Assembly: GCF_041956535.1 (NCBI RefSeq)
Contig: NW_027192196.1
Span: 452,921 to 516,920 of the forward strand
Source: Calcarisporiella thermophila CBS 279.70
Lineage: Eukaryota > Fungi > Calcarisporiellomycota
Direction: 5' to 3'
DNA: 64,000 nucleotides
Under the pieces are notes generated by a model. That model was given only the letters and a program-made list of their open reading frames with translations. It was not told the origin of the DNA and made no database searches. Each line of letters starts with the position of its first letter. Position 1 is the stretch's first letter. A program made the translations under genes and the position numbers. This document shows positions 41,771-55,182 of this stretch, piece after piece.

Positions 41771-43160
41771 CTACGCAAATTTGTAATGTGGGAACGAAAC
41801 GCCACAGCTTTCCACGACCGGCTTCAACTTCAAATGCTGGTAGGGGGAAGAGTTGTGGTCATGGTAGATCCCCTCAATCGTTCCATCCGATCGTCGCATC
41901 GAAAGATAGTACCAGCCGGCAATGGTGAGCTGGGACATGCTCGGAGCATTGATGAAGAATTGCTCTTTTAGAGTTTGTTTGGAGGCAAAAGTTTTCAGAA
42001 TAGGAGAGGGGCGCATTAGTAAAGCATGCGAAGGCTTACCTTTCCACCGCATAAGCACGTAGCCCTGGAGAATGTGGCGGAGAAATCTTGGAGAAGAGTA
42101 CGCAATACGCCTAACGGTGAGCTCGCCCAGCCCACGAAAAGGCTCAAATTTCCGCCAGTGCAGAAGATCCGTCTCTGCATCCGCATGCCATTTTTTCGTC
42201 CAAAGGGTGTAGTTTTTCATGTCTACGATCTACGCTCATCAAGGGTTAGGGAAGTCGACTCGAATACCAATGTGAATTCAAACATATGCCAACCTCGCCC
42301 TCCCAATAGGTGATGACTGGCCCCGATATATAGGGGACGTTGGTCGCCTCCATCAATCCCTCCACCCTCCCCTTGTGGAAATCGACGGAGTATATTGTCT
42401 AAATAGAAATACAAGTAAAAGATAAGGAAAATCAAAGGGGAGATGCACCGTGAATAGGGGAGTCACCCACCACTCGAACCTCCCAATCCTCCCTATGAGC
42501 GGCAGAAGATCCGCGAACGTGCTCGGTCAAGTGTTGAGTGCCAGTAAATACCCGCCCTGGTAGCAGATAGCTTGACGCCCCAAAGCAACTGCTAGCAGAC
42601 ACATTCAAATATGGCGATAACGGAATCTGGCCATGCCCCGCCTTCAGAACGCTCTGCTTGTGTCTGTAAGCCCGGTGTCGCGGTGGGAGCATGGATCGAT
42701 TCCGTCTTGCGCTTCGGGTGGGTGCAAGTGGGCTCCAAGTGTTGGCGGGAGGAGATTGCAACCGGGTACCGTAAGAATTCGAACTTTCACCTGATTGATC
42801 CATCTGATCCAAGTCTTGCTCCGCCACATCTTCGCTTAGGGATGAGGAATGAAGGTTGATCAAGTCAAAGGATACAGTTTCTTCATCCCATTGCGAGGGA
42901 GGGAGAGAGGGAGGTATAGGTAGGACAGCAAGAGGAGAAACACCTATTTGCGTTCTGCCCGACAATGTAGAAGAGGCCGAAGACAATTCGCTTCTTTCTC
43001 GACCGTCACTGTCATTATTGCTGGGGCTGAGGGTTGCGAGATCCTCATGCTCACGCATCGCCTGCCAAATGGGGTCCAGGAGATCTTCGGATTCAGCCGT
43101 CTCCTCGACCTGCGACCGTGCTAGAGGCAGATCATTCGGAAATGAAGCGTTGTTTTCCAT
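41771..43160 (-). CDS. GID4: GID/CTLH E3 ligase substrate receptor Gid4/Vid24
   Basis: YLLPGRVFTGTQ, WEVRV, ITYWEGE, DLLHWRKFEPF, LMRWKEQFF, TIAGWYY and IEGIYHDHNSSPYQHLKL. Confidence 0.9.
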
Positions 43161-43495
43161 TACTGCAGTTAAATTAAGTCATAGTGTACCTGTCCTAAAG
43201 CCGAACCATAAAATATGAATTAGTGCCGGCTAGAATACCTCCTCCCTCCGACTATCCATCCTCGAATATCCCGATCGCTGATCTGGAGATAGTCAGTACA
43301 CTCTTGGGATGGAGATTGCCTTAGAATGTTCTACCGCCACAAATAAATTCTACCGGATCGACTAATTTTTTTTTGGCATGAAATGAAATTCAATTTTCAT
43401 TCTCGCTTAGAGCTTAATTTGTACCTTCAAGCACTCTCCTCAATACCGGCTCAACTAGTCTTTGTTTACTTATTCTAATCGTTTAATATCCCCTT

Positions 43496-45314
43496 ATGAA
43501 TTTTGTGACCCATTCCATATCTCTGCTCCTCCTACTCTCTATACCTTCATTATCCTACGCCCTCCGTCCCTTGCCAAGCTTCTCACTTGCCTCCTCACTT
43601 CACCAAGATAAAATACTTTTTTATGGTGGCCGCTTCTTTAATGGCGCCATTAACAAGTTGAATAACACAGATCAGCTCTTCATACTCGACTTATCCAAGG
43701 GATGGAATGTGGCCGATCCTCCGTTTAGTTCCTTAGTACCTTCAATAGCTAATGATGCTTCCACGAAACTGACAGCTTCATGGCATTATGGTAGTATTTT
43801 TTTTTTCCTTCAAAAATGGAAGCAAAGCTGCGACTGTTTGACACATGGATGCTTATTCTTATCCCCTTCTCTCCTTTTCAGGTGAAGTAGTCGATGACAA
43901 TTTTATCACATTTGGTGGCTATATAGGCTCCGATACGGAACCCTACGCTAATCACTTTTTCCAATACGATACCGCAAGAAATACGTGGAATTTACCTTCA
44001 CCACCAACTGGGGATATACCTCCCTTGACCCGCAGTGGTGCAACTGATGTTGGCAAAGACAACTATATATATCTCTATGGGGGTGTCCAAGACATTAACC
44101 CCCAAGGCACCGACCTCAAGGACCCGGTCTACGACAATGTATGGGCTTTCGATACCAAAAATTGGACATGGAAGAATGTCACTCCTCAGAATCCCGGCCC
44201 AGGCCAGCGGCAGCGACATACGTTTACAAGGTTTTCCATTGTTTTCTCATTTTTTCCCCTCATTTTAATAACATTCAACCTTTCATTACCCATGGATATT
44301 TTTGCTCTAGACTATTGGATGGGCGATTTGTGGTCCTGGGTGGTCGAGATGCGAACGGAGTTCATTATGATTTCAAGGATTTGTGGATCTACGATCCTGT
44401 TGCGAAAAGCTGGGAGAATATGGTGAGTGTACAACCCATCACCAAACTAGCTGATTCGTATCAAGGCTAAAAATCCTAACTACTCAGAAATCGCAGGGTG
44501 GCGAACAAATCATGAATCGCGCAGGGCACACTGCGGTTTTAAGTAAACGCTCCCTCTCGAGCTTGTTCTCTTTCAACCATGTGTCCTTACTTTTCTTCTC
44601 GATTTCTGCAGAGCCAGATGGCAATATCATAGTATATGGAGGATGGACCGATGTAAGTTCAAATTTTTTAGTCCGCCGCTATGCCGATGGGCCCTTACTA
44701 CTAGTACTAAGGGATCGCATCTCTTCCAATCTTACTAGAAAAATGAACTGGCACAGCCGTTCCTTGCCCTCCTTAACACCTCCACTTCTCCATTTACTTG
44801 GACAATACCGACAGCTCAAAATTCCCCGGCTCGTGCTCGAGCATTTCATACGTGTCACCTGTACCGTGACACTATGATTGTTGCATTTGGCGCGATTGGG
44901 GTGGATAGATTGCGCACTTTTATTCCTTCCGATGAGCTTGTACAGCTGCTAAATGTAAATACTTGGGAATGGAAAACGTCGTACTCGCCAGAGTCCCAAC
45001 ACTCACAGCCCTCCGCCCTATCCAATCCAACATCAGGATTAAACATTGGGGTGGTAGTTGGAGGAACCGTTGGAGCTGTAGTGGTAGTGGTGGCCGCTGT
45101 TGCAATTGCGCTTATTATACGTAAAAAGCGGAGGCAGCAACAGTTTGATAAAGAGCGCTCGGAGATCCTGTCCGCGCCATTTGATCCTGTCCCTGCTCTT
45201 GGATCAAAGCACCACCGGGATAACCTCCTTGTCTATTTTGATAAACCTCACGAACACAGCCTAGATGTACCCTCCACTTCTCCCCCACCTCCTCCTCAAC
45301 ACCGGAATATTTAG
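43496..45314 (+). CDS. Type I membrane kelch/galactose-oxidase-like beta-propeller protein
   Basis: Signal peptide, repeated GG kelch blades (FYGGR, TFGGY, LYGGV, VLGGR, VYGGW), TM helix VVVGGTVGAVVVVVAAVAIALII-RKKRR, short cytosolic tail. Confidence 0.85.
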
Positions 45315-45513
45315 ACTACTATTTAATCTTTTCTACCTTATCTATCCCATCATAACCACGTTTTTCCATTAGTGCATTCTTTTTTTTAATCTTAGTTAAT
45401 TAATACGATTTTTTTTTTTAAATCAAAGAGGGGCTATTCAGGGCTGAAAAGGAAATGAAATGGAGATTCTGGGTATTGCAAATGTTATCAAATGTACATG
45501 CTCTGGATGGCCA

Positions 45514-48400
45514 CTATCTCAAGCCCCCTTCCCAAAAACTCCCTTGCAAACTCACCGTTCTTAGCGCGTCCCACCCGAATCCATCCCGGACTGTTTGCTT
45601 TTCCCCATCCTCATCGCCACTCTGGGCGCTCATTTCTCCGGACATATCATGCAGGCTCAGAATGAGATTTTTCAGTGCTCTTGTTCCAGACTCGCACAGA
45701 TTCGACGTGACTGGCCTCAGTTTTGAATGGTCAGGAAGTGAACGTTGCATTTTCCAAAGGCACACGTGGAGTCGGCGTTCATCCACCGCTCTTATGATCA
45801 GGCGCTGACGAAATCTGACTGTGGTTGGATCCATTTCGGCCGTTTCATTGAAGACTGCCGGCGGAAGTTCGATAAGCAGGCTAAGGTCTTTTGCGTGAAA
45901 GAGGCGGCGGCCAGAGTGTGTGCTCTGTGGGTGGCAAAGGCAAATAATAGAGTTACTATCTGGGATTCAACAAGGGGCGCCGCATTCAATCATGCCTTCT
46001 TTTCTGCAAAACCGAGATGTCGTGCTAAATTTTCCACGAGTAAGCCGCAAGAAGCCGATGGGGTTGATTTTGGGGTGATCAAATAGTACTCAGCTTTTAT
46101 CGGCAAGAGTACATCCACTACGTCTTAAAGATGGTCCCCAAAAACTAAATGAGGAAAGATCCCTCTGTAGTCTGCATAAACATGCACCCATACCTTGATC
46201 CGACCACCCTTGGAACTCGCTAGGTGCCACTTCACGTATTATGCCGGGTCTCACCTCCGTGTGGTCCAAGTCAATCTCCTCCTCTCCAACCTCCAGAGAC
46301 TGTCCCCCTACACCATAGCACACGGAAAAATAAAGTTCATCAGGTGACAGGGCAGCAAACACATCATTCACCGCGGTATAGAGCTTAGCGAAGTCCCCCG
46401 GCTTGAGCTGAGGCAGTACACTGAACCTTGTGGAGACGTTGCCCGAAATAGAAGTGACTTGCACTCGGATGTGAGTAATGCTTATCGCGCTAGACTCGTT
46501 CTTAATCTCGACTTCGATCCATGCTCGCGACTCCTCCCACCATCTGACACACGTTGCTCCAACCACTTTGATTGGCTCGCCCTCCTGTTTTGGTACTACA
46601 GCCTCAGTCTCATATTTCCTCTTCACAGGTAGGAGCGGCACTACTCGGCTTCTACGCTCTAATTGCATCCCCCCTACTCGTTCATGCGGGCGACGGAGAG
46701 AGCCACCCTCGCTACTTTCATTCACGATATCCCAGAAAGTGTTGTTCAGTCGATGGACGATTCCACGGGACCGTGCAAGTATACCTCTTTTCTGCGCTAA
46801 ATTATCAGCGAGCTGGCGTATATGGCTTTGATCTTCATGTAAGCGGCGCTCGAGTTCCCTGGCCACGGTGACAATCCCCGCACTCTCGGATACTAGTTCT
46901 TCAATGGGAAAAAAAAATTGGGGTATTACTTTCATATTTCAACCAATACTCTTATTCACCTCTGTCATCTCCTAGAGCGGATCTAGAGACCCGTGAGTCC
47001 ACTTTTAGTTCCAAAGGCGTGAAGGCTATTTTTCCGTCCGGGCATTGACGGGGTAAAACAATGGCAGTGTCTAACCAACCTTCATCAAATGATCCTATTA
47101 AAACTTCTCCATAGCTCCCGGCCACTGATATTATACAAGTGGTTTGAGAAAGGTTGGGCTAAACGGATAAAGTACGCTGTTTTACCTCCCATGATGATCC
47201 CATCTGCTCGATTCAACACGACCGTCCCCTGGTTTTTCATTCTCACGATCAGGCATGAGAGTTCATCACTTGATTTCCCGCCCGTAGCAGCAAGATTGGC
47301 AGCAAAACTAAAACGTAAAATAGCCCCATTTCTTATCAGCATGAAGAAAATCAAATAACCTTTTTCCACTGAAAGTTTAATATACATTTCTAACGGCGCG
47401 CTGTCAACTTCAGTACACCATAGGGCTGCTGCCCCAAATTCCCGGTCGCCTCTCATCAATACCACCAGGCCGCCTTCCGTTCCGAAGCACAGTTCATTAT
47501 CATGAAGACGGCAAATGGAGCATATGTCTCGCGCATAGCTTCTCACCAGAGCAGAATGATACAAGGGTGGTAGTTTCGGTTTGGCAGAGTGAGGTGTTTC
47601 CAACTCCAAGTGTCCAGTACGCGGGTGAATGTGAAGGATTCCGAATGAAGAATCGATGTCGGAAATAGCAAGCAAGCGGATGGTACAAAATTCGTAGCTT
47701 TGATGGGACGGGTGTGGTTGAGTATCTGGTTCACAAGGCTCTGATATGCTCAAAGTACGGAGGTGAGGGTCATGGATGTTTGGCTTCCAATGAACGGTGC
47801 GTTTGAACCTCCCCGAGCCAGCCCCAGCCGAGCTGCGTGGAGATTCGAAGATCAAGAATGCAGCTGGACCGTTTGTAATTATAGCGGCTTCTGAATTGTG
47901 AGGCATCATCAAGATATATGCTATGCATCGATGAAATTAACAAAGAGTTACCTGGAATTGGATGTGCAATTTGATCCAGGAACAAGTCCCATAGTGTCGC
48001 CCTGCCGCCATTGACAGAGCAAAGGCCAAACCATTGTCTGTGACTATGTTGAGTTCCTGAGCTCAGCAGTGCAACGGGCGATGCACTATATTATCGCAAT
48101 AAAGGCCAGAGACAATCGGTCAAACAAATCAAGCAATCCAACTGACACAAAAACTCACAGTCCACATTGAATATCGAGCACAACGCGTAAAAGTATGATT
48201 CTTGGCTGAAGCGCAACTAATGGCAAGAGAGGTGTGATTAAGACGGGATGGGACGCGCTGTGCGCGCCATTTACCTTCTGGCAATGCGAGCACCGTGGCT
48301 TCGCCCTCTTGCCGCCAATGCTCATCGATCCGGGTATACCATTTCCACTCGAGCCGGAATGGGCGGCCAGGGGCATGCTCGGCTGGGACCACTCTCGCAC
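45514..48400 (-). CDS. Multi-exon protein resembling Fanconi anemia core subunit FANCB (start uncertain)
   Basis: Beta-propeller-like N-terminal part (LCFGTEGGLVVL), coiled coil ELERRLHEDQSHIRQLADNLAQKRGILARS, beta-sandwich (WIEVEIKNES...LKPGDFAKLYTAV), alpha/beta region and terminal helix. This is the FANCB/FAAP100 domain order. Confidence 0.5.
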
Positions 48401-48874
48401 ATAGGGCCCCGGTGTGACTTGGCACCCAGTGGCAACCGCCGTTATCGGGCGTGTCGAGGGTGCTTATCAGCGGACTAGAGGGTCCCATGCAAGCTTGGGT
48501 TATGTATTTGCGGAAGCACAAACGTGCTTTTCGCAATTCCAGCCTTAATGTAGGTTTGGAGTCTAAATCGGTCTGAGCTATTTGCGGCAAGCGAGAAGCT
48601 GCTTGGGCTCTCACAAAACCTTGCACAGGCGATTCTTGACCCATTCCGCATCCCACTATCATATGCTTCATGCAACACGCATTTGAAACCTGGGCCAACG
48701 GCGGATGCGGGGAAACCCCCGCATCATTTTTCAGGTTAGAATTAAATTTCCTTGCGGACGGCTTAATTTTCCGTTCCTAGCTCTTCCTCGGCCTTTTCTT
48801 CCCCTGCCCTCGCCTCTTCTTCCCCCCAGCCCTCGTCTCCCCCCTCTTCCCAACCCCTAGTCTGCTCCTCCACC

Positions 48875-50277
48875 ATGGACCTCTCCCACGAGCTCGGCTA
48901 CGACTACACCACCGGCTACTGCGAGGTCAAATACGACCACAAGGCCGGCAAAAAGACTCACGAGTTATACTATGAGATCCACGGCAAAGGCCCCAAAAGA
49001 CTGATGCTTGTACAGGGTACTTGGTGACCGACCGCGGCCTTTCTTACGTGCCGGCTTCGCTAACCCCTCTGTTGCTTGCTTTACGCGTAGGTCTGTCGCT
49101 ACCGGGCCGCTTCTGGCACTATGTCGTAAGTAGTCCCCCCCCCCCCTGCTGTGCTATTTCTCCCGCGGCTTACAAAGCCTTGAATATTAGATTCGCGAGT
49201 ATCTCAAAAAGGGCGACTATAGCATCCTTATCTTCGATAACCGCGGAGTGGGCCGCTCGGGCGTTCCGCTGCGTTGGTGGTATTCGACCAAATCCATGGC
49301 CAAAGACGCGCTTAAGCTCTTGGACTTCGTCGGGTGGACAAGCGATGTTCACCTGGTGGGCACGTCGATGGGCGGAATGATCGCGCAGTGGATGGCTGCG
49401 TACCGGCCGGACTACTTCTTGTCGCTGACCCTGACGAGCACCACGTCGGGTCGCTTGATTCCGCCCACGGTAAGAGTGTACTGGTAGTGGCGAGTCGTTG
49501 GAGAGCACACTGACCACCCTTTCTCCGCTTAGTTGACGGATATCTTTGGCGTTCCATGGACAGGTATTGCTATCACCCACGAGACCCGATCCCAGCGCAT
49601 CGCCAACATCTGCTTCCCCAAAGACTTCATGCGTCTCCCTTCGGACGCGAATGGCTGTGAATCCATGGTATGACTGACCGGCCATTTGCATTGGAAGCCC
49701 GTTGACTCACTTTGTGTGCTTATAGCGCGATGAGATCGAGAAGGCCTACACTCACTTCTACGAAATATCGGACCGACAGCGCTTGTTTGGAAATGCGCGC
49801 CAAATGATAGGAGTCGTGCTCCACTACCTTCCCATGAAGATGTCGGATCGCATTGTGGACTCCGGGATCCCCGTGATGGTGTTCCATGGCACCGAGGACC
49901 GGCTGATACCGGCGTGGCGGGGCGAAATTTTGGCCAAGCGCCTCCGTGCCCGCTTCCAAATCTTTAAAGGAGGAGGCCACCAGCTCATGGACCAGTTCCC
50001 CGACAAGTACTGCGAGCTCATCGAGAAGAACATCCGCGAGTCGGAGATCAAGGCCGCCGACTTCCTCACTCCTATCAAAGAACGGGGTCTCAATGAGATC
50101 GAGAAAGGGCTGGTGTCGGTGGTCGTGGATCACCCCAGAGCCGAGCGCCGTCCTGTGCGCGGCTATGGCGATAAAGCAGAGTATGTGTCTGATGAAGAGG
50201 ACCTCAAAATCACCTCCCAGCACGTGGAATACGCTGCTCGCAATCCCCCTCCTGCCGCTGTTCCAGTTGGGGCGTAA
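48875..50277 (+). CDS. Alpha/beta-fold hydrolase (Abhydrolase_1/6)
   Basis: YYEIHGKGP, FDNRGVGRS, nucleophile elbow GTSMGG, HGTED and GGGH (Ser-Asp-His triad). Confidence 0.92.
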
Positions 50278-50884
50278 AATTCTTCTTGTTTCATATTCTA
50301 CATAATCCTATCTTGTAGTAGCTCTGTCTATTTAATACTTGAATTTGTCCTGATGCTATTCTAGCTATTTTCTCTTTGATGTCTCGATTCCCCCCTTTTT
50401 TCATTCCTTTGGTGATTTTTTTTTTTTACATAGCACATCCCTCTAAGATTGGTTGTACTTGTTTTTAATCGCTCCCTATTATTTGAACCCATTCCACTCA
50501 TTTTATGTCTTCTTCCCTCTCTTCCTCCCTCCCTCCCTCTCTCTATCTCTCTAGTATTTGAAATACGGTGTTGTTGTTTTGTCAGTCGCTAATATATATT
50601 GACACATATTATTATTTTAGCAAATGGTCTACTTGAGGAATCTTGTGATGTCCAGATTATGGAAATGTTGAACAGTCCACCTATTGACGTCACATTTTAG
50701 TCATTATGGTCATTTTTCTGAGGTAGGAGAAGGGGATAATAAAACAGATCTGGTCCTTGTACGTTATTCTTTATGTTAATCTTCTAATTAGTTGGCCAGT
50801 GTTTTAATTGCACGTTACATCTACACCAGCAAGAAAGTAGAGGCACTCGTTCTTTTTTTTTCCCCTTCAAGATTCCTGTGAAAA

Positions 50885-51907
50885 ATGCATCTCTTCTTTG
50901 GAAAAGGGAACCAATCGAAGAATACCGCAAAGGATGCGATCCTGAAGCTGCGGGAGAATATCCAGATGTTGGAGAAGCGGGAGAGTTTTTTGCAGACGCG
51001 CGCCGATGAAGAACTCAAAAAGGCAAAGGCCATGGCGACAAAAAATAAGAGAGGTAAGTTAGAGGTCAATCCTTTCATCCTTGGCGTGCGTGCCATCCCG
51101 CCAAGACCCTCTACTCTCTGCTGTGGATCATGAGAGTAGTACATAATGGGACGGCCAGGATTAATATGATGGTATTATCTGAACATTTAGCTGCCCTTAT
51201 TTCACTTCGCAAGCGGAAAGAGTACGAGAGCCAAATAGAGAAGGTTGGCCTGCAGCGCATTAACTTGGAGAGCCAGGTGATGGCCATTGAAAACGCGAGT
51301 GTCAACTTCGAGACGATGAACGCAATGCGCAAGGGTGCGGAGGCCATGAAGAGTATCCATGGATCAATGTATATTACCTGCTTTATCTCGAATAGGCCCA
51401 AACGCAAACCTTGACTAATGGTGCTATTTTTTTATTTGCCTCTGCGCGCTGTTGTATAGGAATGTGAACAAAGTGGATGAAGTTATGGACCAGATTCGTG
51501 ACCAAATGGATGTAGCTGAGGAGATCTCATCAGCCATTACACAGCCGCTTGCCAGCGGGGCCGCGCTGGATGATGTGCGTATTCCTAATTTCCTCCCCGG
51601 CATTTTGTGCTGTCATAACCATCGTAACACTTACTTGGGCTTTTGTGTGGTTTAGGCTGAGCTCGAGGCAGAGTTGGAGGAGCTCGAACAGCAGGAGCTC
51701 GACGAGCAAATGCTTAGCACGCCGTCGCCGGCACTGCATGTCCCAAAGGTGCCCACACACGAGCCAAACAGTAAGTTTGCCGATCACTTGGTTTCAAGCA
51801 CAGGCGAGTTAACTTTTTTTCCTACTCTTTCCCTTGAAGTTGCAGAAGAGGAGGACGAAGACGAACAGGAGCTGCGCGAGTTACAGCGAAGCATGGAGAT
51901 GTCATGA
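50885..51907 (+). CDS. SNF7: ESCRT-III subunit Snf7/Vps32
   Basis: MHLFFGK...KDAILKLRENIQMLEKRE, AIENASVNFETMNAM, AEEISSAI, ELEELEQQELDEQML and ELRELQRSM. Confidence 0.95.
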
Positions 51908-52548
51908 ACTCTCCTCTTCCCCCCCCCTCCCCTCCCTCATCCGCATATGAATATATACTTAAATATAGGTTCGTTTTGATGTTCGTTTTGGCTGTAGTTG
52001 AGCTTTCGTGGTTGTTTTTACCCCTTCTATTTCAATTCTCCATTTTCCTTTTTACGATTTTTTTTTTTTGAAATGCTTTTATTGCGCGTGTAGAAATTTT
52101 GGATGAGCTCTTTGTAAAGACGATTTTTATATATGCTTGCTCTCGCTTTGGGCATTCCATCCTCCCCTTTTTCTTTTCTGCCTCTTCTATTTTATTCCTT
52201 TTTAACTCATTGAATATATACTTTTTTTTTTCCTTTGTCGCCTCGAATCTTTCGCTCAAATGATGATAATAAGACTTCCTCTTCGACTAGAACCTTAAGG
52301 CATAGACAACAAGCTATCATTTGTCAAAAAAAAGACCTGAAATGCGAAACCAACAGATCTAATAAAATTAAGAGCCAAAATAGGAAAACTGGAGAAAAAG
52401 AAACTGACAGAATAAGAGTTCTTTCTAAATCACGTCAAAAAATCGCCAAAGAGCAGGAACAAAAAAAAAGGCATGACAATTCAAATGAAACAAAAAGAGC
52501 TACCCAAAACCAAAAATCATAAAAAGAAAAGGAAATATAAACATGAAT

Positions 52549-55182
52549 TTATCGCTCAACCTGTCCCTTCCTCCGTCTCCTTCCACGTTGGGGGCCAGCA
52601 CTCCCCGTCCCAGCCTGGTCTCCCCCTTCGTACCCTTCCTCCTCATCCTGAGTGTAATTCATAGAAAGGGCCAATAGATTCGAACTGGAGGCGGCGCCCA
52701 CCGCCGCGCTCGAACTGCCGGCCGATAACGATACTGGGGAGGAGGCCTCCGAGGACACCGTCGAAGATGGTGGAGTCGTCATGTTTGTGAACGAGCGCGG
52801 AGTTTTTAATTTACGCCGGCGATAAAAAAGCATATATACAACATCCTCGGCAAGCCGCTCCGGACTCACCATGGTGACTCGGCCGTCGCTAATATGGTAC
52901 CACTGGGAGTCAACGCCAAGGACGTAGGCTGTATAGTGGCCAGACCCCGGACTATCATTCAATGCATCAATGAGCCATGCTATCTAGAAAAGAAACGGAT
53001 TTCGACTCACCCGCTGCCATGGTGTACGACGGCCGCATACAAGTCATAAATGTTGGTCCGCCTATCCTCCACGGCGAAGGCCCCAACATCCAAGCCCTCG
53101 AGAGGGAACCGGACATAGGTGTCAATCTTCGATCGTGAGTGCCGTGTCCATCGAAATCGCTTAATATGCAAGCATAGTACTTCCGGCAATTTCTTCAGGG
53201 TAAACTTCTTTGTGCAGCGGCGTTTGGCTTGGCATTTCGTGCACATGTATCTCTCGGTGTCTGCCAGCTCTTCAACGTCGGTGAATGCTTTTAGGCAATC
53301 GTATACTGTGCATGGGTCAACCCGCTGCAGGACTTTGTTTCTTCGCGCTGCGAAGCGCTCCGGTATATCCAGGGACAGATCAAGAAAGGGGTCCTCTTTG
53401 TCGGATTTGGAACCGCAGTGAAGACACATCACTTTATTCCAAAGAATGCCGCGGAAGAGTTTCATCACTATGGTATTATCATTGTTGACCTTGGAACAGA
53501 GCTCTGTGTGCATACGATCGAGAAGATAGCGTAGAAACTCTTGCGCGTCCTATGAATAGATATTGGGTTTGGTCGTCAGCATCTAAATGCCAATGTAATA
53601 TATGCGCTTATTAGACAAAAGAACGCACCTGCTGTTGATAGCCGCGGAAGATAGGCATCGCTCTACAGAGGGTGGTAAAGAAGCTGTTGGGAGAGATCAC
53701 GGTTGATTCGCCGGACCAGATCTCACGGAGAAGGTAACAAAACTCCGAGCAAATCGAGCTAATGGAAAGCGTTAGGAAGAAAATGTGGGGGACACACGAA
53801 GGAATGCTGGTAGCTTACAATTCACCCAGGGACTTCGTTTTACGTGTCCGGGGGCCGCTCGTCTGCGGATTCGCCCCCTGCGGAATATTGGGCGAGAACT
53901 GCACGAGAAAATAGTCTCGAAGTGGGATCGTGTTGCTAGCGCAAAACAAGCGTTCAATACAAACAGTGTATCCAAATAGCGACCTTAACCGTTACCTCAA
54001 GCTCTGCAGAATAGCATTCATGAAGCATGTATTGCCAAGATTGCGGAGCCCTATGACTCCCATTGACTTGCGCGTGTTTGCAAAATGCTTCGCCATTTTG
54101 CGGCGCCGACTCTGTTTAGGTCGAAGGTTGGAATCAGAAGCAACCTCTCCAGAAGCTCGCTTCGACTCATTCCTGGAGGAATTGAAAAGCATGATTAATT
54201 CGATGAAGTTTGCGACAGCTAATGTATAACCCCTACTCCTCTGGAGTCAGCTCCTGCATCAAGGCAACCGAATTCGGAGTCTCCGCAATATCCGATTGCC
54301 GTTCTTCTGACATCTCTTCATCCGTTGGCGCGGCGCTCCCGTTAGGATGTAGGGAGGTAAGCACCAGATTGCGTGCATTGTCCAAGACATCCGACAGCCC
54401 TTCTGTTGGCGCAATAATATAGTCATCACATTCATAGCTATGTCGGGGTTGGATGGTGCGAGGAGCAAATGTATTAGAGTTTGGATAGCTAAGAAATAAT
54501 TAATGTAGGTACCAAAATGGCACAGCATTCCTCACATCAATTGCTAATGGGTGCTTGGTAGCATCATAGTGATCTAGTGCATGATGATTGATGTACCTAA
54601 TTTTCACATCTCCAAGATAAATATTATGTTCAACCGCTAGAGGGTAATGCCACCTCCACTCACCTCCCACAACCTATATTTCCGCAGGTTAGACAGATGT
54701 ATGTGCTCTCAGTTGATCCACATCCACCTGCTGCCAGCACAGAAATATAAAGTAGACGGAGTACGGAGACACAGAGATGAACCGAATGGCCCGACAGAAA
54801 ATGTTGAATTTTGAGGATGATAATATAAAAAGAGGATATAGTCAGCGCACCATTCAGCGCAATGGCCAGTAAATAGGGAGATATAAAGCATGAATGAGAG
54901 TTGATAACACTATTATCTTTTATTTCACCACGGACTCTGGCTCTCTCAACAACACCCACTAATACTTCATGCAGAGCGTGTAGGCAATGCACAGTCTTGC
55001 ACCCTCCCAGTCATCTTTTCACAATTTCCTCCTCCGCTTCTCTCCACCCCACACACATATTAGAGAAAATGAGAAAACACACCTTTGCAACGAAGGGCAT
55101 CCGCCGCAACATCAGATGGTGGAAGGGAGGCTCTTATGACCTCTAACCGAACAATATCGTTTGAAATATGAGAACATTCCAT
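52549..55182 (-). CDS. Ubiquitin-specific protease with N-terminal ZnF-UBP (USP3/USP44-like)
   Basis: MECSHI...CLTCGNIGCGR...HALDHY (ZnF-UBP), Cys box GLRNLGNTCFMNAILQSL, QQDAQEFL, LCLHIKRF and His box HHGSG/GHYTAY. Confidence 0.92.

Noticed and set aside
48129-48698. 189-aa minus-strand ORF and the many antisense/alternate-frame ORFs overlapping called genes
   Set aside because: No recognisable motifs; explained as shadows of real exons or GC-rich promoter DNA.
1-51907. Apparent enrichment of endomembrane/vacuole genes (HID1, CSF1, VTC4, SEC3, SPC1, VPS5, AVT, GID4, SNF7)
   Set aside because: The category is large, the genes are interspersed with unrelated ones, and I cannot test enrichment here.
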